Positions 11,247 through 22,425 of a DNA stretch of 64,000 nt are shown here, in pieces. Under the pieces are notes generated by a model. It made no database searches. It worked only from the letters and a program-made list of their open reading frames with translations, and had not been told where the DNA came from. Source of the stretch: Octopus sinensis (Eukaryota); the NCBI RefSeq assembly GCF_006345805.1, contig NC_043000.1, positions 148,614,001 to 148,678,000 of the forward strand, given 5' to 3'. Numbering within the stretch: position 1 is the stretch's first letter; every line of letters starts with the position of its first letter. The position numbers and the translations under genes are program-made.

Positions 11247-11410
11247 GATGGGCTTCTTTCAGTTTCCGTCTACCAAATCCACTCACAAGGCTTTGGGCCG
11301 GCCCGAGGCTATAGTAGAAGATACTTGCCCAAGGTGCCAAGCAGTGGGACTGAACCCAGAACCATGTGGTTCGTAAGCAAGGCACTTACCGCACAGCCAC
11401 TCCTACGCCT
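10950..11410 (-). mobile_element. SINE-B, full length
   Basis: 5' aggcgtaggagtggctgtgcgg, internal (TA)n, [AAAAGAGT]n tail. Confidence 0.92.
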
Positions 11411-11519
11411 ATAAGAACCAAGATTTTCTTTCCTCAGTCATTCCTCTGTATTTCACAAACAAGACCATTTTTCAAAAAAGCTATTACTAAGAATCAGATA
11501 AAAATATAAATTAACTTAC

Positions 11520-11598
11520 CAGCAATGATGATCATACAACTTGTCATAATAGTGCTCTGTGATATTGGCGAGTGACAGATTTTGTGAAGAGATGTCAT
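11520..11598 (-). CDS. First coding exon of the chitin-binding protein gene (signal-peptide N-terminus)
   Basis: ATG at 11598 gives MTSLHKICHSPISQSTIMTSCMIIIA+G, then donor GCTG|gtaagt (phase 1). It joins the CBM14 exon in frame to give ...MIIIAVLIRSSLSQ-FVCP, a signal-peptide-like h/c region. An alternative in-frame ATG lies at 11547. Confidence 0.82.
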
Positions 11599-11932
11599 AA
11601 TGTTGGTGTTGTTCTTCTTACGCTGTCCTCAAACTATATCTGTTTAGCAAGGAAAGTTAGAAAGTAAAATGGTTGTCTTACAAAAGAAATCCTCTTATTT
11701 ATATATTATTTGGCGTATGGTCACTCTCGCCGACGCCAACGCCTGTGTCACAAGCATTCCAGCGTTATTAGAAGCAAACTCCCCGAGTTTCCCCACTACA
11801 TAAATTCCAATGCAAGAAGCTAACAAGACACCCATCTCTGTCTCACTACCGACCCCACACTGTACATACATACACGCACAGAAGACCACCGCTTCCGCCA
11901 TTACCTCTCTCTCGCTCTGTCTCTATGTTTAC

Positions 11933-12031
11933 CTATATGACAGCTGTCTTTACTACCCCCTATTACAAACACTGTCTCTATATTTGCTAATACCATCACT
12001 GTGGTACGGCCAACACCATCGCTATTATATA
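11933..12031 (-). promoter_or_regulatory. Candidate TATA/Inr promoter and non-coding first exon of the chitin-binding gene
   Basis: TATATAA starts at 12031, 31 nt upstream of a CAGT Inr-like motif at 12000; donor TAG|gtaaac at 11932; a pyrimidine-rich acceptor ...ctttccttgctaaacag| at 11640 precedes the ATG exon. Confidence 0.35.
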
Positions 12032-12399
12032 ACAACAAAAACAACAGCAGCAAGAAGAGTGAAGGAAAAGAGGAGAAAGGGAGAGGAAAATCAGCTTTGC
12101 AAACAACGATGATGACTTTTACTGAACAGGAGCAAAAAAATGACTAAATTAGAGTGATGGAGACGGTAACTATTTTGTTCAAGGATGCATAAATGAAATA
12201 AGGAAATAGAATCGAAATCTAATTGATATTGATCTGCTTAATACGTCTAATACTTCTCACAATATTTCTTTATATTTCGGACACCCGACAATGAATTAAA
12301 ACTTTGCTTATTACGTTTTTTACTTATTTGTTCAACCTGGGCCCTAGGGAAAATCTCAGAAAATATAACCAAAAAATACTCGAAAATATATCGATTTCA

Positions 12400-12590
12400 A
12401 ATTTTAGTACAAGGTAGCAATTCCGGGATGGGGTCGGTTATATCGATCCCAGATACTTATTTTTACAACCCCGAAAGGATGAAAGGTAAAGTTGACCTCG
12501 CTGTAATTTGAACTCAGAACGTAAAGACGGACGAAATGCCGCTAAGTATTTCGCTCGGTGTGCTAATGATTTTGCCAGCTCACCGCCCTT
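12400..12590 (-). mobile_element. SINE-A1, diverged
   Basis: Aligns to the SINE-A consensus. Confidence 0.8.
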
Positions 12591-12789
12591 AAGACAAGAC
12601 TAACTCCTTAGACGTAGGAAAGCATCCCTAAATTGAAGATGCTCTCACTCAACGGAAATAAAATCCAGGCAAGCCATATGTGGCATACATCAAGAACAAT
12701 GTTAGTTCTATCAAAAAACATAGTATTCAAATTTCCACATTATCTATTCATGATCTAATTATAAATTCAAAATGATCGCCAGACGACCG

Positions 12790-13960
12790 ACAAGGCAAAC
12801 ACACCCTTATTTTAGGTCAGTTTTTCTACCAAACTATCAAAGATAATATGCTCTAACCAGGAATGCCAACAGATTGAGGAACAGTCTCGATTCTGAATCA
12901 AAGACATTGATGAAGTTGGCCTAGATTTCGTTGTGGTGTCGCTCACAGCCATATGCAATTCAAGCATTTTTGACCCTTAGGTAGTAGCATTTAAATATAT
13001 CGGGAAGATGAACAACTGAAGTATATCACACTAGAACAACATCTAGGCAAGTATTAAAGTAAAACATATACAAAATTTCAGCGTATTTACATCAATTATT
13101 CTTGGAGATATCGTGATCTAAAGATTGCTACTCATTGTCAGAAATGTTATTTTGAGAAAAATGCAAAAACCGCTGGAAATGGCTGATTTTACATCAATGC
13201 CCAACTACACAAGGATAATATTCACATTTTAGTGAATAATTTGCAGTTTTGCACAATCTAATAACGCCCAGATCATATCCTTTGCTATTTTTCTGAGATT
13301 TTGCTATCTGAGAGCGTTTATATCTTGTTTTGATTATGGATTTCTGTCCAGGCACACATGCTTTTTTCAGTCTCTGCTCATCAACGTGTCTCAGTCCCTC
13401 TCTCAGATGATGGCCATGGCTGAGGCCAAGTTTTCAAACACAAATATCTTGCAATTTCTTCTTGATTGAAAACTATAATGACATCATTGACAACTAACTC
13501 CAGGCAAAATCGCCCGCAAATGTTGATTTAGGACACTGTTCCTAAACGAAGTTGTGGAATGATTCATTGTAATTTTGTGATCCTCCTTGCAGGCACTTAT
13601 CCAAGAGTTTCTCCTCAGATATGGCTACAAACACGGGCTTCATTTTATCCAGCACAAATTTTGGCCGGGAGGTTTTGTTTGGATTACGTTTGTCATCCAC
13701 CTTTTTCACTGGACACCAGTCATCAGTCACTAAGGTCCCTTGGACCTGTGCTTGAAAATTACTCGTATGACTCTCTTCATGGAGGCTTTGTCATTTGAGT
13801 GGTTCCTGATGCCAGCTCCATAATGACCCTGCATGGATGGGATAGCTTTCTGTGTGAGCCTACCCGTACCTCCAATACCAGTACAAGGGCTAAATTTGAA
13901 ACTGAATGCAGGAGACTGCAAGAAGTACGGAAGAGACATCGTCATCAAATCCTTGTGGTT
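12790..13960 (-). mobile_element. Kolobok-type (Mutator-like domain) DNA transposon relic with decayed transposase C-terminus (~13250-13950)
   Basis: Segments GIGGTGRLTQKAIPSMQGHYGAGIRNH...DKASMKRVIRVIFKH, DDWCP, LLDKCLQGGSQNYNESFHNFV*EQCPKSTFAG, LELVANDVIIVFN...GYDLG match the recalled GxGRLT..YYG.AIR / WC / LxxCLxGxTQNxNESxxxxxWxxCPK pattern; stops and frameshifts present. Confidence 0.75.
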
Positions 13961-14053
13961 GTTTCAAATTCTGAATTACCCGCCGCTTGAAATAGCTATT
14001 CCAAACCTCACTGCTGCACAAGAGGCTTTGAAAACACAATTATGGAGATCATG

Positions 14054-14439
14054 GGTGGAGGCGCAATGGCCCAGTGGTTAGGGCAGCGGACTCGCGGTCG
14101 TAGGATCGCGGTTTCGATTCCCAGACCGGGCGTGTGAGTGTTTATCGAGCGAAAACACCTAAGCTCCACGAGGCTCCAGCAGGGATGGTGGTGATCCCTG
14201 CTGTACTCTTTCACCACAACTTTCTCTCACTCTTACTTCCTGTTTCTGTTGTACCTGTATTTCAAAGGGCCGGCCTTGTTACTCTCTGTATCACGCTGAA
14301 TATCCCCGAGGACTACGTTAAGGGTACACGTGTCTGTGGAGTGCTCAGCCACTTACACGTTAATTTCACGAGCAGGCTGTTCCGTTGATCGGATCAACCG
14401 GAACCCTCGTCGTCGTAACCGACGGAGTGCTTCCATCCC
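14054..14439 (+). mobile_element. SINE-C, full length
   Basis: 12-bp TSD atggagatcatg at 14042-14053 and 14440-14451. Confidence 0.93.
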
Positions 14440-15675
14440 ATGGAGATCATGTCCTATTTAAAAAAGGAGGTTTCTGGAAAATGCACTCCTCCATCTTCTC
14501 TCTGTATATATAATAAATATATAAGATATACTTTCTCGATAAACTAATATGTCATGAATTAACGACAGAGCCTCTAGTGGTCGCCCGACAAGGCACCATC
14601 TCTGTCTCACTACCGACCCACACTATACGGACCCTCAATGTCACAGGATCGACCTGTCTCGTATGAGTTTTGTCAGCCACATCCGCTGCCATGAGAAACA
14701 ATGTGCTGGAGGCGGAGGAGGATGACTGTATTTGATCAATATTGCCATCACCTTTGATGGGTTGTCATAAGCAAGTAACCAAGTAGATAATTATATAAAA
14801 ATACAATGATTTTTTAATAACAATTTAATAAACATGAAGAATGAATAGGGAATCCCACACACATAGGTAGGAACCCACTAGTCCGAATGAACCAGAGTAT
14901 CTCACAATATTGATCTACCACTTCTTGTAACTAGTATACCCGAAGGTATCCGTGAACACCTTTGGCGTTGGATTGGGCAAGAAATCTTCCATACCTTCTA
15001 GCAATTTGCACGTTAGTTGTTCATCGATAACTATTGTGATTCTCATAACCGTTTATTTGGGTGTTCCTCAACATCGAAGCCCACTGCTTTCTCAGTGGCG
15101 CCCCTTCTCGCATGATCACCTTGGTTTTGCAACTCCCATTTTCATCCTTCAGTTGGTTTAGCAGTTCTTTCATTTATTTTGAAAAGAACTGCAAGCTTCA
15201 ATGCAACGTGGTAGGGGAGTTGAGCTCTTTCTCTTCACACTCTTTCCTTGCCTTCCTTCTACTCACCTGCTACTCCTTATTTGGTGTACCCAAAGGCACC
15301 GATGAGCATTTGGGGTCGACGTAGCATGATGCATCTCATGTCCTCTGTGAAAGCTAATTTGCGGTTATCATAGTTAAAGACTTCAGTCTTTACCAGTATT
15401 CTATCTTTTGAATGTTTCTTGAAATTTTGTGACCTTATTTCATGTCCAGCTGCGAAAAACATCCCTTTGGAAGGCACTCCTTCTCGCATGATCACCTCGG
15501 TTTCATTTCGAGTAGGTTTTTGTTTTGAGTGCCTTGTCTTCTTTTTTGATCTTTCGTATTGACTTCTAAAACTCTGGCCTTGACGAGTGTTTTAGACCAG
15601 GATCCCCCTACTTGACCAGGATCCCCTCAAATTGCTCCTTTGAGGGAACTCTGAAAGCCTACTCTTTTGTGACAT

Positions 15676-16124
15676 TGTATTGTATTGGCATCCTTTCGGT
15701 CTCGGGAGACAATGGAGTTGCGCATGAAGTAGTCTAGTCCGGCTTCTATATTTCATGTCCTGATACATTTCCTGCTGTGGCTGTGTAGTCCTATCCTGGA
15801 CAAACACTCCCTCTGGCAGGTACCGCAAATGTAGCGAAGACTGTTCCTGGCTGGTTGTAGTGCCATAGTCTCTTGTTTACGTTTCTTCCTTCTCCATTTC
15901 TCATTCTCTCTCTCTCTCTGTCACTCCTTTGTATTCCTCTTTTCCGATACGTCGCCAATCTCCACGGTTGCCGGCAACTGCCTCCCAACCGCTAATATTG
16001 ATGTTGCAGGCCTTCATGTTCCTTTTGCAAACATCCTTGTATCGTAAGAGCGGTCTACCCACAGACCTAGTACCCCTAGCAAGCTCTCCGTAGAGTATGT
16101 CCTTGGGGATTCTGCCATCTTTCA
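15676..16124 (-). mobile_element. RTE (BovB-like) non-LTR retrotransposon, 5'-truncated
   Basis: MKDGRIPKDILYGELARGTRSVGRPLLRYKDVCKRNMK; 3' end ccattgtctcccgagaccgaaaggatgcca+(atac)a; 16-bp TSD tactcttttgtgacat at 15660-15675 and 16125-16140. Confidence 0.9.
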
Positions 16125-16844
16125 TACTCTTTTGTGACATACCACTCGCATATTTCTTTCTCTGGGTGAATCTTGTCTATGCCCAGAAATTTTCTTGAAG
16201 ACGTTACCTTCATAAAACAACTTCCGAAGTTTCTAATATTTGTGCTCAACAAAATTTGTGTGCACGTGTGTGTGTATGTGTGTGTGTATGTGTGTGTACG
16301 TGTGTGTTTCTCTGGCGTGTGTAAGTGTGTGTTGCTCTGTGTGTGTGTGTGTGTGTGCGTGATGTGTGCGCGTGTGTGTATGTATGTACGTATGTTATAT
16401 GTGTGTGTAAATGTTGTTGTTTATCCTTTGACTGTGAATGCTTATGTCAATAAAATCATTATATTTTTTCTCTGTATTTGACTGTTTGGAGTTGTTCGCT
16501 TCCCTTCTGTTTTTTTCTTTTTTAAATTTGGTGCTGATATTTTGTTCACAAATTTGTTTTGCCTTGAGAGCGTATTTGTTTATGTTGGTGCTACATGCAC
16601 TGTAGTGAGCAACCTCTTTCTCCTACCCCAATGCAAAGAATCATATTGAAACATGGCAAAGCAAAAAAAAAAAAGTCTTTTTCCTTCCCAAACACAGAGA
16701 AAATAAAAACAAACTTCTCACCTCTCTTTGTAACAATTCGGTACAATACGACACAGAGATTATCATTCAATTTTCCACAAAATCAACATAATATAATCCA
16801 AAATATTAGTATTAACACATGTAAACATGCCCTACCAGGACAAG

Positions 16845-16845
16845 A

Positions 16846-16905
<60 letters not shown>

Positions 16906-16982
16906 AAGAAGAAGAAGAAGAAGAAGAAGAAGAAGAAGAAGAAGAAGAAGAAGAAGAAGAAGAAGAAGAAGAAGAAGAAGAA
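16845..16982. repeat. (AAT)n + (GAA)n microsatellite
   Basis: Directly visible. Confidence 0.97.
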
Positions 16983-17062
16983 TGCAATACCAGACATTAG
17001 CTCTCATAGCTTCTGATCTTAACAGTCTGGAAGTGTTGTCATGTACATTGGTTTGGTTTGGC

Positions 17063-17747
17063 TTGGTATAAAAGATGGGCTACAGCAAATATTCTGCTCA
17101 ATACCACAGATTTACTTGCCAGTTGTTTGACATTAACCACTAAAGCATGTCTCTTAGTGGCTGACGATATGTGCATCTTTGATCATGTGCAGAAGTAATG
17201 AGGAAGCATCATAGCCATGTGTTGAGAGGAATTCTTTGGAGTTTGAATAATTTGGTATAAAAGATGGGCTACAGCAAATATTCTGCTCAATACCACAGAT
17301 TTGCTTGTCAGTTGTTTGACCTTAACCAGTTGAGCATGTCCCTTAGTGGCTGACGATATGTGCATCTCTTATCACGAGCAGAAGTAGTGGGGGAGCATCA
17401 TAGCCATGTGTTGAGAGGGATTCTTTGGGGTTTGAATAATTCACCTCTGGAAACATGGGTGGTTTTTTCAACATCCTTAAACAACCCTTATTCAGGGACC
17501 TTTTGAGCGGGATGGGCTACTCAACCTGAAGAAAATTCTAACTGGGCCCCACCTGCAAGGTTATGTGCTGTTTATCTTGATATGAGATCACTATGTCGCG
17601 CACATTTGGTTGTGATGCATGTGCTGGTGTACCCTTATCAGACGGGTAGTCATGATGGGTATATTGGGCTTCGTATATTTTACCCCAGTGTCACTTTGAT
17701 GGCATGAACTGCTCTCTCACTCAATAATAATAATAATAATAATAATA

Positions 17748-17795
<48 letters not shown>

Positions 17796-17920
17796 TAATA
17801 ATATGGTTGTGATGCATGTGCCTAGTGTACCATTATCAGACGGGTTGTCATGATGGGTATACTGGGCTTCGTATATTTTACCCCAGTGTCACTTTGATGG
17901 TATGCACTGCTCTCTCATTC

Positions 17921-17985
<65 letters not shown>

Positions 17986-17998
17986 TAATAATAATAAT
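17063..17998 (+). mobile_element. Retroposon E (SINE or LINE 3'UTR) ending in (AAT)n, with internal duplications
   Basis: 189-bp tandem units at 17063-17251 / 17252-17440; the 3' terminal ~117 bp plus (AAT)n occurs twice (17607-17802, 17804-17998). Confidence 0.65.
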
Positions 17999-18824
17999 GT
18001 ATGGAGCCCACCATCCGAAGGCTGATATCAACCGGCTGTACTTGAGGGTGGAAGATGCTTCATAGCAGTAGAAGAATGTTTTCAGATGGAAAGAAAAAAG
18101 CTTAATAGAGTATTTAGAGAACAGCACGGAAAAAACTACTAAAGACAGTGAATAAAGAACAAGTGATGATGCGCGTAATAAGAGAAAAGGACAAGAATGA
18201 AATCCAAGACCCCAAGCTGGCACAGGAAGAATATAAGAAATGGAAGCACGACTAGATTGTAAAAGCTATACACTGGAAACTTTACCAGAAAATGGGGATT
18301 TGAAACTGGAAACACATAGTACAATCATCGAGTCGAAAGGGTACTGAAGTCGGAGAAATGAAAGATTTTGTGGGACTTTCCTATTCAAACAAACCAGAAG
18401 TTAGAAAATAATAGACCGGACATAACAATTACTGATAAGGAAAAGCGAAGTTGCTCACTAATCGACCCATCATGCCCGTTTAATTCCAGAATCGTAAAGA
18501 CAGAGGACGAAAAACAAAAGAAATACAATCCCTTAAAATTTGAAATAGGAAGAATTTGGAGTAGGAAGACTGTAAAGGACGTACCTATAATGACTGGTGC
18601 GTCGGGAATAGTAAGCAAAGTTATAGACAAATGGCTGAATGAGATTGGAATAGAATGCCCTGCAGAGCTCCTACAGGAAGTTTGTCTCTTAGGGATGATA
18701 AGGATTATCAGGATTGTTCCAGGCTCTTGACAGAGTACTGAAAACTTATGGATAACTAAGGTTACAGTTATTAACCCGCTACCCGCATAAATCCTACTAG
18801 GAATAAGACCGAACTTGAGTCAAA
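17997..18824 (+). mobile_element. RLE-type non-LTR retrotransposon (R4/Dong-like), decayed 3' part
   Basis: YGAHHPKADINRLYL at the 5' end; WDFPIQTNQKLENNRPDITITDKEKRSCSLIDPSCP = RPD...D restriction-like endonuclease; flanked by (AAT)n and (GAT)n. Confidence 0.85.
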
Positions 18825-18869
18825 TGATGATGATGATGATGATGATGACGATGATGATGATGATGATGA

Positions 18870-18923
<54 letters not shown>

Positions 18924-18935
18924 TGATGATGATTT
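18825..18935. repeat. (GAT)n/(GAC)n microsatellite
   Basis: Directly visible. Confidence 0.95.
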
Positions 18936-19133
18936 CAAATTTTGGCACAAGGCCAGCAAGTTCAGAGGAGGGGGTTTGTCGATTACGTCGACAGCAGTAC
19001 CTGACTGGTCCTTATTTATCGACTTCGAAAAGACGAAAGGCAAAGTCGACTTCGGCAGTATTGAACTCAGCGCAAAGTCGGAAGAAATGCCGCCAAGTAT
19101 TTTGTCCGAGGCTCTAATGATTCTGCCAATCGA
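18935..19133 (-). mobile_element. SINE-A1
   Basis: Aligns to the SINE-A consensus. Confidence 0.8.
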
Positions 19134-19146
19134 CTATGTTATTATA

Positions 19147-19187
<41 letters not shown>

Positions 19188-19198
19188 TACTACTACTA

Positions 19199-19263
<65 letters not shown>

Positions 19264-19283
19264 CATTGTTGTTGTTATTATTA

Positions 19284-19497
19284 AGGCGGCGAGCTGGAAG
19301 AATCGTTAGCACGCCGGGCGAAATGCTTAGCAGTATTTCGTCTGCCGCTAGATTCTGAGTTCAAATACCACCGAGGTTGACTTTGTCTTTCATCCTTTCG
19401 GGGTCGATAAATTAAGTACCAGTTGCGTTCCGGGGTCGATCTAATCGACTGACTCCCTCCCCAAACATTTCGGGCCTTGTGCCTAGAGTAGAAAAAA
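19284..19497 (+). mobile_element. SINE-A1, full length
   Basis: ggcggcgagctggaagaatcgttagc...gagttcaaatacc...ggccttgtgcctagagtagaaa. Confidence 0.9.
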
Positions 19498-20254
19498 ACA
19501 TTTGGCCAAGACTTCTCCAATCTATTCTCATGTAGATACAGTAATACCTCACTTTACGGGGGCCCGCTTTACGAAACCCCGGTTTACACGTTATATTTTT
19601 CAAGCACAAAATCCAAATTTTGAACGAAGTGTAAAAGTTTCTACTACCATAACAAATGCTTCTGTGTGTTACCGAGAAATTTATAGAGTGCGAAAAACAG
19701 ACTTGCTTTTAAAAAGAAATCTACAAGTCCATCTACGAGTATTTGTGAATCGGCGATGGCGTCTACAAGTGAGATGGTGCGTGCGAGTCTAGTGCGAATG
19801 AAAGTGAGTCAGAAAATGATGATGATAATAATAATAATATAGTGCATCCACCGTGCTTTTTTTTTTCTCCTTTATCTGAAAACGATCTATGTTCAAATCT
19901 TCTTTCTATATGGACACACTAACGGCAGTTTTATTGAATTTTTTATTGCCCTCTTTTGTGTGTCCAGTATCAGGCATATAATAAATAATTGTCGGTGTCT
20001 GATTAAAAGTTTTGAGTAGTTTTTGTTTTCGTCAGTGCTGCCACCTTTGAGTAAGTCTCCTTCTATTGCTACCAAAGTGGATGTCATGTTTACAAATTGT
20101 TTTGAAATTGTTAAACGGCAAAAAAAATTCAATGTATAATGAGTTTTTTTGTTGTTGTTTTTTGGCCGCGGGGGTTGCCCCACAAACGAAAGGAAAAGAC
20201 TAAATTACCCTTCTAACCTCTACCGTGGTCGATAAAATGAAGTGTCTATCTAAC

Positions 20255-21140
20255 CGAATTGTTAGCACGCCGGGCAAAATGCCTGACGACACTGCGTTCA
20301 TCTTAACGTTCTGAGTTCAAATTCTCCCGAGGTCGACTTTGCCTTTCATCCTTTCGGGGTCGATAATTTAAGTACCAGTGAAATACTGGGATCGATGCAT
20401 TTTTCCCGACACTGTAATGATTATGCAAGCTCACTAGCTAATAGTTTCGAATTTAAGCACAAGGCCGGCAACTTTAAGAAGATGGAGTTAGTCGATTAGA
20501 TCGACCTCAGTACTTGACTGATACTTCATATTATCGATCCGAAGGTAAAGCCACTTCGACGGGATTTGAACTCAGAACTTAGAGTCGAAATAAATGCTAC
20601 ATGGCATTTTTTCTGGCGCTTTTACGATTCTACTAATCCACTACCACCACCAACAACAACGATGATGATGATGATGACCATGATCTTGATGAGGAGGAGA
20701 AGGATGACGACGATGACGACGACGACGATAATGATTTTATTTGTCACAATAGCAACTCAAATACGAGAAACGTTAAAGCAAACTGGCGAAGACAAACATT
20801 TTGTGACGAAAGAAAGAAAAAAAATTATGACAAATACAAAGTGTAAACAGCATAAAGTTAATATATACACAACTCAATTCATCTCGTGTATGATGGGCCC
20901 TGCTTACAGTTGTTTTCCACTTCCAACAACACAACTAACCTGCTCTAAGTGATCGAGTTCTCTGCAGATATTTGTATACACAATTCTTTCTAAATTTTTG
21001 CACAAGGCGAGCAATTTTTTAGGGAATGGGACAGGCCAATAACATCGACCCCAATGCTCAACTGGTATTTATTTTATCGACCTCGAAAGGATAAAAGGTA
21101 AAGCTGACCTCCGCGGCATTTGAACTCAGAACGTAAAGAG
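20255..21140. mobile_element. Three diverged SINE-A1 fragments: ~20255-20400(+), 20445-20640(-), 20990-21140(-)
   Basis: Recognisable B-box and central blocks. Confidence 0.7.
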
Positions 21141-22425
21141 CCTGAAAAAATTATCAACCGATAATTCCTCCTCTGCCACCACTATCGCCATCAACTCCAA
21201 CACAAAAAGCCGTCCGCCAGATAGAAATTATTTTAGCAACTCAAGAATTAAAAAATGCGAAAAGCATGTTTACAAGAACTAGATGAAACGTAGCCTTAAA
21301 TATATTGGAATCTATCCGACAAGGAACCAACCTCAAAACTTCTGTCTGTTGAACAATAGGAACGAAAAGTCGGAAAATAGGGCAACCGTTAACAGCAACT
21401 AGTTGAAAAGTGCTTCTGACCCATCTGAAGCATCAAATCATATATCGCCAGGAGAGAAAGTATGACATAGTAGCGATAAGACTTCCGACAAAGGCCAGTT
21501 AAACACTCCACAAGAACCCTGAGGAGTCACAAACTGGTTCTCATACCAATCTTTCAGTGTAGTAAAAATCAAGATAGTAGATGTGCCTCCCGAAATGAAG
21601 AGAACCGCTACCACCAGCCAGAAGATATTTATTTCGGGAGGCACATCTACAGAAGAAAACTAATATTTTGAAGGTCCAGAGGCTGCAGGGTCAAGGAATG
21701 GAACTAATCCATACTGCTCATCAAAGCATGGAAGTTACCCTGGACCTCAGAAATCTGCCGGACAACCAACAACTGTACATGGCCGTTCAAGAACGATTTC
21801 CGAAATGTCACTTTTGTGGTGACGAACGTCACTTCAAAGTATTCTCTCCACAGCAAAAAGGGAGAGAAGCAAGGCCCACACTTCAGCAGACACCATCACC
21901 ACAGCAACGGCAAAAACACGAGTAGCTCCAATGGTAGCGTGCGGTTTCAAGAGCAACAATGACAGCAGCCAATCAAACAACAGCAACAGCAGCAGCAGCG
22001 GCGCATTCATCCATCCGTCCATGCTCTCGGCGTCGGGGGTTGACCTGCTTTCTCTTCTGCGGGTCTTATGAATAGCAAAGGACCACGTTTCGGACTTCTC
22101 CCATCTTGCGAGCTCTGGGACGAAGACCGTTCGCTCAACAGCAACAGCAACAGCAACAACCAAAACAATAGAAGAAACACCATCCGCATCGATGATAATA
22201 AACAGTAACTGAAAGCCCCTGAACGGCAACAACAGGACAAAAAGACAATGAACCTTAAGAAATGGCCTTCCCCACTTTGGACCGCTCAGACACGTCGTGT
22301 GGGAAGGTAACAAAGCAACCAAATGGCAAAAAGTAAGAAATAAGAAAAAAGAAAAGAGAAAATAATACTCTTGCAAAAAAAAAACGCTGATGGAAGAAGC
22401 ATCTTCCTACAACGACACACCAATA

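Noticed and set aside
12787-14595. ccgacaaggca direct repeats as an 11-bp Mutator-type TSD around one element
   Set aside because: No terminal inverted repeats lie inside the repeats, and the interval is a mosaic of unrelated pieces
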